A stretch of DNA of 64,000 bases, from the IMG/VR virus record IMGVR_UViG_3300005611_000012, positions 8,075 through 72,074 of that record, one strand, 5' to 3'. The notes under the pieces are model-generated. The model saw nothing but the letters and a program-made list of their open reading frames with translations, did not search any database and was not told the DNA's origin. The DNA comes from a virus. The translations under genes were made by a program, and so were the position numbers. This document shows positions 1 through 8,559 of the stretch, piece by piece; the stretch's first letter is position 1, and each line of letters starts with the position of its first letter.

Positions 1-631
1 AATCGTCCGGTACAAATTTAAGATCTCCATGGCAATCCAAGCCACTGGCACGGATAAGGTGTGCGATATCCCGCACTGTCCGGCTAATAACATTAGGCCG
101 ACGAGAATCCCTTTGGATTTTGCCTAAGGCATACGGGATTTGTGTTTTGAAGAAATCCCAATCTAGCTCATCACCTGTCATCACTACAGCTGATTGAAGG
201 GATCCATCCCCAATCAAGAGACCTACAGTATACGGGTCAAGTAACTGGTTTTTGTTCTCCATGAACCCCATTGGTTCAATGTTCTGAATCCAGAGAAGAG
301 GTCTCTGGCTGCCTTTGGGGTCTGTGATGTAAAGCGGCTCCTTTAAGAGCTCAGCAGTCGTGTACGTACCCTCTTCCAGGGTGTACTTCGAGAAGGTCTT
401 TTCTGATTGGAATTTTTTAACCCAGACCTGATTCAGATGCTCTTCACAGACTTTCAAAATACGTCCGTCTGCCAGCTCAAGATTATACATCGGTCGATTA
501 AAGATTTCGCTTTTGTCGTAGATGCGAGTAGGCTTTCCATTCGCACCAATAATGATATCTCCAATTTGAGCCGAGCCAACAGTAGTCACGCCCCCATCAG
601 CTAGATATAGCTCAGTGTCTAAAGAGAGGGC
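1..631 (-). mobile_element. Intein with LAGLIDADG homing endonuclease inside terL (N-terminal part only)
   Basis: After FGAK the frame reads ALSLDTELYLADG (block A), IGDIIIGANGKPTRI, MYNLELADGRILKVCEEHL (block B-like), LDPYTVGLLIGDGS (LAGLIDADG block C) and GLDCHGDLKFVPDD (block D-like). Confidence 0.85.
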
Positions 632-1201
632 CTTGGCACCGAACATTTTGATACCAAAGCGCTTGCCCTCTTTGTTGACATACTCGATGTAGTTATCGGT
701 GAACTTCGCCTCTGGCAGATACTCCTGAAGGAATTCCGAATTATGATACCTGAACTCAATGTTCTTGCGCGCAGACTTCACGCCATTGTCCATACTATCC
801 GAGACGTAGATCATGGAATCGAGCTCCCCAAAGTCTGGAAGCTCTCGGAAAATCGCCACATAGAAATTGAGATATTCGAAGAAGAGCGTGGTTTTCGCTA
901 TTCCACGATGGCAAAGGTTGGCGATGCGGTGTACCGGGGACACCACCTTATCAAGCATTTTTAAGTGAACCACCGGCGTAGAGTGAGATTCCCCTTCCGC
1001 ACCGTTGATCAGCTTGATCATATTCATAAACTTCAGAGCGAAGTCTGACGGCACATAGTTGCCTGTGTTCAAGTCAGTATAGTCGACTTCGTCGAGCCAA
1101 TCGTCGACGGTCTTCTTCAGATCTTCAATTTGCTCTGAATCGATAATCCCCGGCATACCGGTAATCTCGGGAGCAGCTACCATTTCCGGCATAGTCGACA
1201 T
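1..1201 (-). CDS. terL: Terminase large subunit, N4 gp68-like (5' part; runs off the window start), intein-containing
   Basis: Manual translation from ATG at 1201 (TAATG overlap with upstream stop): MSTMPEMVAAPEITG...KKTVDDWLDEVDY...YVPSDFALKFMNMIKLING...HLKMLD...NLCHRGIAKTT...YVSDSMDNGVKSARKNIEFRY...FGIKMFGAK; these blocks are typical of N4-like terminases. Open to position 1; absent from the ORF track because it is truncated. Confidence 0.9.
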   Translation of the reverse strand, partial: MSTMPEMVAAPEITGMPGIIDSEQIEDLKKTVDDWLDEVDYTDLNTGNYVPSDFALKFMNMIKLINGAEGESHSTPVVHLKMLDKVVSPVHRIANLCHRGIAKTTLFFEYLNFYVAIFRELPDFGELDSMIYVSDSMDNGVKSARKNIEFRYHNSEFLQEYLPEAKFTDNYIEYVNKEGKRFGIKMFGAKALSLDTELYLADGGVTTVGSAQIGDIIIGANGKPTRIYDKSEIFNRPMYNLELADGRILKVCEEHLNQVWVKKFQSEKTFSKYTLEEGTYTTAELLKEPLYITDPKGSQRPLLWIQNIEPMGFMENKNQLLDPYTVGLLIGDGSLQSAVVMTGDELDWDFFKTQIPYALGKIQRDSRRPNVISRTVRDIAHLIRASGLDCHGDLKFVPDD

Positions 1202-1989
1202 TAAGAATCTTCTTTCTCAAACATTTTCTGGTGGGCGATATCTCGGGTTCGGGCGCCACTTTGAATTTGATTGATTTGATTATCAGCAACCTCTTGCATG
1301 ATGCTCTTGAGCTCATCGATACCAGAATTGTCCTTCACAGTCACATCCAGCTGGACTTGGCTTTTCTCCGGAGCCCGAGTTGCCTCGAGAACAGCTTTGG
1401 CCGCATCCACCATAACTTTCTCAGATTTGGCGTTCATCATCAGGTCTGCACAGACATTCAGTGCTTTCTGGTGCAGATCCACATTGAGAACGAAAGACGG
1501 GATCAGAGCTTGCTCGATGATCGTGTTAACAAGCTTGCCTTTAGAATAGCTGTGAACGAATCCCGAGATATAAGAATCGTTCCGGTTCTCAGCTCTCATT
1601 CGAGCCATCTTGTCAGGAAACGTCAGACCCCAGGCGCTCTGGTTCGTATGGCCCATCATTTTGTAAGTCGCATAGGCACAGGCATTGAGATAATCCTCAA
1701 GCTTGAACTTGCCTTCTTTCATGATGTTGTTGAAGCCCAGGAAGTTGTCTCGAATTTCATCAGCGACATCTGGATCCTGAGAAACAGAATTAAGCTTCGC
1801 CATCAGAGAATCAGTAACTTTGGTTCGAAGCTGTGCCGGCAAGGCTTTTTTAATGTCCGCTTTAGAGTAACGACCTTCTTCGATTGGTTCCTGAGGATCC
1901 ATTGAAGATTCTTGAATTAACTCGGCTTCGACTTCCGGTGGAATGTCCGGTTGCATGTCCGCCATTTTGAAGATGTCTAGCCGGCCCAT
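1201..1989 (-). CDS. N4 gp69-like protein (putative terminase small subunit)
   Basis: 262 aa with AAGGAG RBS; directly upstream of terL as in N4-like phages; FKLEDYLNACAYATYKMMG and EQALIPSFVLNVDLHQKALN blocks recalled from this family. Confidence 0.65.
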   Translation of the reverse strand: MGRLDIFKMADMQPDIPPEVEAELIQESSMDPQEPIEEGRYSKADIKKALPAQLRTKVTDSLMAKLNSVSQDPDVADEIRDNFLGFNNIMKEGKFKLEDYLNACAYATYKMMGHTNQSAWGLTFPDKMARMRAENRNDSYISGFVHSYSKGKLVNTIIEQALIPSFVLNVDLHQKALNVCADLMMNAKSEKVMVDAAKAVLEATRAPEKSQVQLDVTVKDNSGIDELKSIMQEVADNQINQIQSGARTRDIAHQKMFEKEDS

Positions 1990-2055
1990 ATGATCGATAC
2001 TCCTTAGGTTGCTATTAGTCCTGTATTAATCGTTATAGTGAATTACAAGCCCCTT

Positions 2056-2085
2056 AAAAGAAAAAGGCGGCTCGAAAGCCGCCTT
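2056..2085 (-). terminator. Rho-independent terminator
   Basis: Minus strand AAGGCGGCT-TTCG-AGCCGCCTT followed by a T-rich tract, just after the stop at 2111. Confidence 0.85.
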
Positions 2086-2110
2086 CTCCCTTATTTGGTA
2101 CCCGCACCCA

Positions 2111-2986
2111 TTACAGCTGTGGTTTAGGCAAACCCGTTAGAGGGTCCAATTCCCCCGTAGGCTCAGCTGGTGCGTCGGGCTCGGCCACAACAGGATCAGA
2201 TCCTGTCTCTGTCGCTTCGGCTCCCAAGCTTTCGGTCGACGTTTCCGGAGCAGCAGGTTCAGTTGCTGGCTCAGTCACTAAGGGTGCTTCGTCCGACGCA
2301 GGTGTTGGCATATCGGGCAAAGTAGGCTGGTCGTCAACCATTTCCGGATCACCCGGGGCCGGCTCAGCTACCGTAAGAGTTTCAGGCTCTTCGATAGGTT
2401 GTTCCGGAGCAGGCTCAGTCACTGCCGGCAGGCCCAGAGTGTCGGAACCAGGAAGACCAAGGTCTGTGGCTACCGGTTCTTCAAACGTGACAGGCTGCTC
2501 AGTTGCAACCGGTGCAGGCGATGGAGTGACCGGTTTAGGGACAACTTCTGGTGCATCAACCGGAGCTGTACCTGGTACAGCAAGCTCAGCTGCTGCAGCG
2601 ACTGGGTCGGCTGCTGCGTCAACTGGCGTAGAAGGAACCTCAGGTGCAGGCTCTTCAACAACAGGAGTATTTGCAGCTTCTTCTGCAGCGGCGGCAGCCG
2701 TGGCTTCGGCATCAGCAATTTCGTCAGCCTTTGTTACGAGATCGGGAAGGACTGTCAGAGAACCAAGGAAAGCTGTGATGGCGCCGAGGGCACCAGACAA
2801 TTCAAGGCGTGTGTCTGTCAGTTGTTGTTCAAGATCCAGGCGTTCAGCGTGAGATGCGACTGCTTTATCAGCGAAGTCCTTAGTCTCTGCGTCTTTGCTT
2901 GAAATCTTGGCTTGAAGTTCGTCCATGCGCTGGGCAATGGCAACAAACGAGTTCGACATGTCTTTTCTCCAGAATGCGAGTTTCAT
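2111..2986 (-). CDS. Hypothetical protein: N-terminal coiled coil plus long Pro/Ala/Glu/Thr-rich disordered tail
   Basis: 291-aa ORF co-oriented with late genes and closed by a terminator; composition seen directly. Confidence 0.7.
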   Translation of the reverse strand: MKLAFWRKDMSNSFVAIAQRMDELQAKISSKDAETKDFADKAVASHAERLDLEQQLTDTRLELSGALGAITAFLGSLTVLPDLVTKADEIADAEATAAAAAEEAANTPVVEEPAPEVPSTPVDAAADPVAAAAELAVPGTAPVDAPEVVPKPVTPSPAPVATEQPVTFEEPVATDLGLPGSDTLGLPAVTEPAPEQPIEEPETLTVAEPAPGDPEMVDDQPTLPDMPTPASDEAPLVTEPATEPAAPETSTESLGAEATETGSDPVVAEPDAPAEPTGELDPLTGLPKPQL

Positions 2987-3014
2987 ATCTTGGGTCCTTA
3001 GCTAAGTCCGACCC

Positions 3015-3239
3015 TCACACCCGTGGAGGCCAGAACCATCGCATACCATCAGTTGGTTCTTCTGAAAACAGCACATCGGCCAATCCCAGAGGAGTGTCTA
3101 GATTACGATAAATTAGGAGATCCACAGTGAAATCATCGATAACCCGAGTGATTATTGCAGGTACGGGATCTTGAGTGTGCCCACGCTGAGCTTGGTCGGG
3201 AGAATCAAAATGCACAATACGTCCGACAGAGGGTTTCAT
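3015..3239 (-). CDS. Small conserved phage protein (MKPSVGRIVHF...PAIIT type)
   Basis: 74 aa from ATG 3239 (ATGA overlap with upstream gene); the N-terminal KPSVGRIVH motif is common in phage small proteins. Confidence 0.7.
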   Translation of the reverse strand: MKPSVGRIVHFDSPDQAQRGHTQDPVPAIITRVIDDFTVDLLIYRNLDTPLGLADVLFSEEPTDGMRWFWPPRV

Positions 3240-3568
3240 GCTTCTTCTCCCTGGAACATCCGCTCTTTCAGGAGATAGCCTTCGAGCTCCCAGATTTTGC
3301 GGACGGCGTCTTGGACAGCAAACTTGCGCCCCAAGTAAACATTGAAGTTCTTTGGATCCGCGGCGCCAGATTTGCCGATGACGGAAAACCCATTGTCGAG
3401 AACCACGTTGGCAATGGTAACGCCCGGGCTCGAGGTTGGGTTCCAATATTCTACCGATCGAATCTTTTCATGGATCTCACCGAGGTCGACTCGATTATCG
3501 GTTTTAGCGACTGCCTTGGCTTCGGCATTTGAGGCTTCCAACGCCTCGCTCTTGAGGGGATCGTCCAT
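3236..3568 (-). CDS. N4 gp49 / Sf6 gp66 family protein
   Basis: 110 aa from ATG 3568 (AAGGA RBS); VLDNGFSVIGKSGAADPKNFNVYLGRKFA...KIWELEGYLLKE matches the family signature. Confidence 0.85.
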   Translation of the reverse strand: MDDPLKSEALEASNAEAKAVAKTDNRVDLGEIHEKIRSVEYWNPTSSPGVTIANVVLDNGFSVIGKSGAADPKNFNVYLGRKFAVQDAVRKIWELEGYLLKERMFQGEEA

Positions 3569-3695
3569 AATGGTTCCTTCTTGGGTTTTAGGAATTAACG
3601 GGCTTATAACCGGTAATCGAGAAATGCAAGTGCCTCGCGCGCGCATTTATATCTCCCCATAAGTAAACCCATATGGATATAGTGTATTATATTAG

Positions 3696-3755
3696 GGGAA
3701 GGGGGAGGGGGGTCCCCAGGCGCTACGCGCCGTGGGGACCCCCCTCCCCCTTCCC
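3696..3755. repeat. Perfect 23-bp G/C inverted repeat with inner 5-bp stem and 3-nt loop
   Basis: GGGAAGGGGGAGGGGGGTCCCCA (3696-3718) and TGGGGACCCCCCTCCCCCTTCCC (3733-3755) are exact reverse complements; GGCGC-TAC-GCGCC plus a 1-nt bulge lies between them. Confidence 0.95.
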
Positions 3756-3873
3756 TATAGTAGAAAAATAATTCTTGTAAACCTCTATTTAAACACGCGC
3801 GCGCGATAGGGCCTTTGCTTGCTTTATCGGCAATTTACGGATAATGGCTGGATTAACGATTAAGGAGTGAACA

Positions 3874-4125
3874 ATGTCAGGTCCTGGTTATTTTGCATCT
3901 GAGTATCTGACGGAGGGGTTCTCTGAGAACCATCTCTCACCTCCGACGTTGAACCCAAACAAAACAGGTCTCCCATATACGAATGCCTCAAATCATATTT
4001 TGAGACAAACGCTTGCTGCCCGCGATGTTGTGATTGTAATTAAAAACGATCTCGACCAAATCTTGGTGGATATTCAAGCCGGCATTGCAGGATCTGATAT
4101 CGCGGCTCTTCCAGCCCGACCTTAG
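3874..4125 (+). CDS. Hypothetical protein preceding the tail fibre
   Basis: 83 aa, AAGGAG RBS, first gene of the divergent plus-strand module. Confidence 0.65.
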   Translation: MSGPGYFASEYLTEGFSENHLSPPTLNPNKTGLPYTNASNHILRQTLAARDVVIVIKNDLDQILVDIQAGIAGSDIAALPARP

Positions 4126-4137
4126 TGGAGACTAATT

Positions 4138-7100
4138 ATGGGACTACCCCAGGATAACGACCTCTTCAAAGTAGTAGTGGGGGCGACCCAAGGATCTGCT
4201 GGCACAGGAACACCATACTCAGTCAAATGGTCTGAGATGATTGCTGCCGCTGCGGCATCTCTCCTAATCACCGATATTGAGCTTGCCGACTCCTTGTCGA
4301 TTTACGGCACAGCCGCGGTTCAGGATGTCGAATATTTTGCTACAGCCGCTCAAGGTGGTTTAGCGGATACGGCTATTCAGCAAGCAGCCTTGGATGCAGC
4401 GATCGCTACTCGAGCAGCTGCCAGCCATACGCATACATTATCTGAGATTACTGATCTTGGCTCTCTCACAATTACCGAAGCCCAAATCAGCGATCTTGGT
4501 TCCTATCTTACAGACATTACGGGTCAGAGCATTGGCTCTCTGAATAATGTCACTCTGGATACCGTCCAGAATGGTGAGATCCTTCGTTATTCTGCTGGTC
4601 AGTTCGTGAACCAAACCTATGGCGAAGCAGGCATCTCTGAAGTTGGTCATACACACACTATCAGTGAAGTCACCGGTCTTCAGACGCAACTCGACAATAA
4701 ACTCGAGGCTGCAGATCTCTCGGGCTATGCTCTGACTTCGTATGTTGACACTCAGATCACTAATTTGATCAATGCGGCGCCAGGAGCTTTGGATACCCTT
4801 AATGAAATTGCTTCAGCATTAGGTGATGACCCAAATTTTGCTGCGACAATGACAAGTCAATTGGCTACCAAGGCTCCTTTGGCTTCTCCGGCCCTTACCG
4901 GTACTCCAACGGCGCCAACTGCCACAGGCGGAACCAATACAACTCAACTGGCTACCACAGCATTTGTTCAATCAGCCATTTCAAGTCTAGCCTCAGCGCT
5001 TGATGATTTGACAGATGTCACAATCACAACCGTGGCAACTGGTGAAATCTTGATGAAAACTGCTACGGGTTGGGAAAACCAAACCCTGGCAGAAGCAGGT
5101 ATTCAGCCAGCTGGTTTTTATGCGGCTGCCAGTCACACCCATGCAATTGGTGAAATTACCGGTTTCACAGATAACTCTGCGAACTGGAATACAGCCCATG
5201 GATGGGGTGATCACGCAGCTGCTGGTTACGCAGATGGAGCCAATGAGGCAAACTGGAACACAGCTTTTGGTTGGGGTGACCATGCTGCCGGCGGGTATCT
5301 AGCTGCCAGTGCTTATACGGCTGCAGATATTCTTACAAAATTGCTTACAGTTGATGGTGCCACATCAAACCTTGATGCTGATCTTTTGGATGGCCAACAA
5401 GGGTCCTACTATCTGGACTATAACAACCTGATCAACACACCAGCGGGTGGCGGAACAGGTGATGCTGTTCTTGCCGATGATGAAACTGTTACGGGTCAGT
5501 GGACATTTTCAAATGATATTCGAGTTGTTGGTTCTATTTATGGTGGACCAACTGCGCCAACTTTAGGCACTCGAGCATTACATATTCGAGACGACACCGA
5601 CACAGTAGGCGATTTTGTTTTTCAGGCAACAGATCAAAAACTACGTTTTCAAACTTACTGGGAATCGGGCGTCGGCCAATGGGCTTCTATTCAATCTACA
5701 AACGATGCTGAATCTGCGCAATTTGGTCTATTACTAAATCCCGATGGTGGTAACGTAGGTATTGGCACACTCACAGCTACTAGTCTTTTAACTGTGCACG
5801 GCGATATTGAACAAAACGCCTACAAAGACATTATTGCTGGAACTGGAAACGCCAAAGGACGTCGACAGCATAGATATAATGTTGCAGGTAGCGCACATGA
5901 TTATATGTTCTTGAATGTAAATTTTGATCGCGATGCTTCAGGATCTGGTGGCACAATAGACCACACTTCTTTAGGGACGGCTGAGATTGCGTTAATAGCT
6001 ACTAATGCAGGAAACGGCGCTATTAACTTTAGTGTAGGCGCTGTAAATAACGCTCCTGCTACTAAAGTAATTATTGATGGATACGGCTTAGGGGCGGGAG
6101 CTGCTCCTGTATCTGGACCAAATTTCACTGTGGGCTCTTCCGGTATCCTGAATAAAGGTTTTACTGTACTTGGACGAGGTAATGCTGGATGGAACACTTA
6201 TGGTTACGAAGTGGCCATTGATGCCTCATCTGGGACTCCTCCGTTAATTTGGAGAACTGGAGGAGCAACCTTAGGCACTGTTAGTACTAATGGTGGAATA
6301 ACCATTTATAATACTGCAGGTTATGGACTAAGTATTAGCGCTACAAGTGGTACAGATGCTGATGGTTTATTAATCACCACTTCAGCTAACGTTGCAAACA
6401 ACGCAATAGTTTGGAATCAGAATGGTGCATCCATTATGAATTTGTACTCTAATACGAGCAACCAAGGACGTGGCTATTTTCTTGGGAACTTAGGTATTGG
6501 AACTACTTCTGTCGCACATCCTTTAACCGTTAATGGTCATATTTTAGCGGGGTCTATGACCCTGGAAGGCTTTGCTCCAGAATTAACCTTTAATGATTTA
6601 TCCTCCACAAGTGATTATTCTATCGAAGTAGATCAAGCACAGTGGAGAGTCCAAGAAAATGGCTCGACGGTGTTATATATGTCTGGCGGACTTCTTTATT
6701 GCGTAGGCACTTATAATTCTACAACTGCCGGCAGTGTAAATGTTCGTATTGGCTCTAGTGGTGGCTTTCAGAGATCAACTTCTGCAGCTAAATACAAACC
6801 TATACGAGAAGATCTTACTAAAGAATCTGTTGATAAGTTTTTTGAAGTATGCGCTCAACCAGATACTCTAATTTGGTATCGGTCAGACCCAGCTCTTACA
6901 ATCGATCCTGAAGACCACTCCTATTATGGAATGCTTGCAGATCGATTCGTAAAAGACTTCCCTCAACTATGCGGTTTTGGTGAGCCTAACAAACATGGAA
7001 AGCGAGAAGTTGAAGATTTCGCTTATGAGCGTACAGCACCTTTTGTTATTTACCGAGTGAATGAGCAAGAAGGTAAAATTAAAAAACTAAAAAAGTTAGT

Positions 7101-7188
7101 TCATCGGCTTGAAGAAATAGTTCTAGAGCAGAGTGATTTTATTGCGAATCTCGCAGCTCGTTTAGAAAAATTAGAACATGCCGCGTAA
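4138..7188 (+). CDS. Tail fibre / receptor-binding protein with C-terminal intramolecular chaperone (peptidase S74-like)
   Basis: 1016 aa, Gly/Ala/Thr-rich; APGALDTLNEIASALGDDPNFAAT...KAPLASPALTGTPTAPT fibre motif; three HTH(T/A)(L/I)xEIT-type His repeats; NLDADLLDG motif; RSTSAAKYK chaperone-start motif and a terminal coiled coil. Confidence 0.9.
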   Translation: MGLPQDNDLFKVVVGATQGSAGTGTPYSVKWSEMIAAAAASLLITDIELADSLSIYGTAAVQDVEYFATAAQGGLADTAIQQAALDAAIATRAAASHTHTLSEITDLGSLTITEAQISDLGSYLTDITGQSIGSLNNVTLDTVQNGEILRYSAGQFVNQTYGEAGISEVGHTHTISEVTGLQTQLDNKLEAADLSGYALTSYVDTQITNLINAAPGALDTLNEIASALGDDPNFAATMTSQLATKAPLASPALTGTPTAPTATGGTNTTQLATTAFVQSAISSLASALDDLTDVTITTVATGEILMKTATGWENQTLAEAGIQPAGFYAAASHTHAIGEITGFTDNSANWNTAHGWGDHAAAGYADGANEANWNTAFGWGDHAAGGYLAASAYTAADILTKLLTVDGATSNLDADLLDGQQGSYYLDYNNLINTPAGGGTGDAVLADDETVTGQWTFSNDIRVVGSIYGGPTAPTLGTRALHIRDDTDTVGDFVFQATDQKLRFQTYWESGVGQWASIQSTNDAESAQFGLLLNPDGGNVGIGTLTATSLLTVHGDIEQNAYKDIIAGTGNAKGRRQHRYNVAGSAHDYMFLNVNFDRDASGSGGTIDHTSLGTAEIALIATNAGNGAINFSVGAVNNAPATKVIIDGYGLGAGAAPVSGPNFTVGSSGILNKGFTVLGRGNAGWNTYGYEVAIDASSGTPPLIWRTGGATLGTVSTNGGITIYNTAGYGLSISATSGTDADGLLITTSANVANNAIVWNQNGASIMNLYSNTSNQGRGYFLGNLGIGTTSVAHPLTVNGHILAGSMTLEGFAPELTFNDLSSTSDYSIEVDQAQWRVQENGSTVLYMSGGLLYCVGTYNSTTAGSVNVRIGSSGGFQRSTSAAKYKPIREDLTKESVDKFFEVCAQPDTLIWYRSDPALTIDPEDHSYYGMLADRFVKDFPQLCGFGEPNKHGKREVEDFAYERTAPFVIYRVNEQEGKIKKLKKLVHRLEEIVLEQSDFIANLAARLEKLEHAA

Positions 7189-7200
7189 AAGGAATTTGAT

Positions 7201-7695
7201 ATGTTAAATCCCCCAATTGAGATTATGGATTGGGGTATCTACCTCATCCTCGCTGCCGTGACTGCAGTCGCCAATATGTGGATCGGCTGGGAACATGGTG
7301 ATCGTTATACTGGATCCATCAGCATTGGCTTTGTTGGCTGGCTCTTCCTTGGATATGCCGGCATCTTAATCGGTCTGGCCATGCTAGGTTGGCGTTTTGT
7401 CGGTTGGTTCCGGGCTCTTGACCTTGGTCGCAGTGATCATTCGGTCCAGAGAGACTTTTTGGTGATGGCTGCCACTACAGCTGTGCCAATCTTTATATTT
7501 TCATACGGGCTCTGGCATTTAGGCTATGGGTTCGCCGGTTTGTGGTCGCTCAGCTTGGCTGTTTTCATGCCGACTTGTTACGCTATCGCAATGTGGGTCC
7601 CACCATGGGATCCAAAGTACGATCACATAAAATACGCTGAAGCATTGGCAGGCGCGGTGTTTGGGCTTATTGGCGTTGCAATGATTCTAAACTGA
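7201..7695 (+). CDS. Multi-pass membrane protein, function unknown
   Basis: 164 aa with about 5 hydrophobic segments; AAGGA RBS. Confidence 0.7.
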   Translation: MLNPPIEIMDWGIYLILAAVTAVANMWIGWEHGDRYTGSISIGFVGWLFLGYAGILIGLAMLGWRFVGWFRALDLGRSDHSVQRDFLVMAATTAVPIFIFSYGLWHLGYGFAGLWSLSLAVFMPTCYAIAMWVPPWDPKYDHIKYAEALAGAVFGLIGVAMILN

Positions 7696-7708
7696 GAGGA
7701 CTACCCAA

Positions 7709-8008
7709 GTGCAAGTTATTGAGATCCACGGTAAAAACTACGATGCCGAAGCCCTAACACAGGAAGCCAAAGGAATTTTGGGCCTGATGCAGATTAATCA
7801 GCAAAATATGGGAAAGCTACAAGCCGACCTTGGTATTGCTCAAGCGGCCGTCGAGACCTTGGATGGTCGGCTCAAGCTCGCTCTCAAGAGCGTGAAGCCG
7901 CTTCCAAAGACCAAAGTTGAAAGCCCCAGTGCCGGCGCCGGTGGCACCAACCGGAAAACACGTCGCGCTACCTCGAGCACTCGTCGGAAGACGGCGGCTA
8001 AGAAGTGA
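7709..8008 (+). CDS. Hypothetical coiled-coil protein with basic tail
   Basis: 99 aa, GTG start with GAGG RBS; followed by a terminator. Confidence 0.6.
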   Translation: MQVIEIHGKNYDAEALTQEAKGILGLMQINQQNMGKLQADLGIAQAAVETLDGRLKLALKSVKPLPKTKVESPSAGAGGTNRKTRRATSSTRRKTAAKK

Positions 8009-8066
8009 ATCTGGGCTCGGGGTGTCAGATTTAGTTCGCATCTCGGTTTCCTACATTCAATAGATC

Positions 8067-8099
8067 AAAGAACCAAGGCTCTTGTCTTGGTTCTTTTTT
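8067..8099 (+). terminator. Rho-independent terminator
   Basis: AAAGAACCAAGG-ctcttg-TCTTGGTTCTTT followed by further Ts. Confidence 0.75.
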
Positions 8100-8137
8100 G
8101 TAACACAGACTTGTTATCTATTACAAATCTGATGTAA

Positions 8138-8401
8138 GTGACAATAAGCGAAACTACGTTTATGGGGTTATCGATGGAAAGCGAGATTGCAAACCAGGTA
8201 GCAATACCACTGAGTTGGTTCCTCAGCACAATCGCCGGTCTTGCCGGCGTAATTGGTTTACTCGCCCGCACCATATTCAGCCTCCAGAATCAACGAGCAG
8301 ATGAAGCTCGAGGAGATACTGAAACGGTCGTTACCGCCCTTAATGATAATACTCAGGCATTAAATAAAATGACGGACGTCCTGACCTCAGGAGGATCCTA
8401 A
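8138..8401 (+). CDS. Small membrane protein (one TM helix plus amphipathic tail), holin-like; start may be ATG 8174
   Basis: Hydrophobic segment IPLSWFLSTIAGLAGVIGLLA followed by a coiled-coil-like tail; TAATG coupling to the next gene. Confidence 0.55.
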   Translation: MTISETTFMGLSMESEIANQVAIPLSWFLSTIAGLAGVIGLLARTIFSLQNQRADEARGDTETVVTALNDNTQALNKMTDVLTSGGS

Positions 8402-8559
8402 TGCCGTTCTTCAAAACAAAAAAGAAATCTCCCAATGAACGCGATGATCGGAAGGATCGTGCCGTTCGTAAGAATAGGGAGGCAAAGGAACGCTTCGACG
8501 AAGCGCTTAAACGCCTCAAGCCTATGAAAGACATCTCTGATTTTTTGGGAGAATCCTAA
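8401..8559 (+). CDS. 52-aa highly charged protein (missed by ORF track)
   Basis: MPFFKTKKKSPNERDDRKDRAVRKNREAKERFDEALKRLKPMKDISDFLGES; TAATG overlaps on both sides. Confidence 0.7.
   Translation: MPFFKTKKKSPNERDDRKDRAVRKNREAKERFDEALKRLKPMKDISDFLGES

Noticed and set aside
407-964. Plus-strand ORFs 407..604 and 743..964
   Set aside because: Antisense shadows of the terminase/intein frame, which has clear motifs.
1231-1905. 224-aa plus-strand ORF
   Set aside because: Antisense to the gp69-like gene; no RBS or recognisable motif.
2111-2700. Pro/Ala/Glu-rich repeats as a mobile or tandem DNA repeat
   Set aside because: Protein-level low complexity without exact DNA periodicity; the same applies to 38900-39300.
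5182-5298. Tandem repeat as a CRISPR array or DGR template/variable repeat
   Set aside because: Only two in-frame copies encoding a fibre peptide repeat; differences are at synonymous positions rather than adenine-specific; no reverse transcriptase or cas genes in the window.
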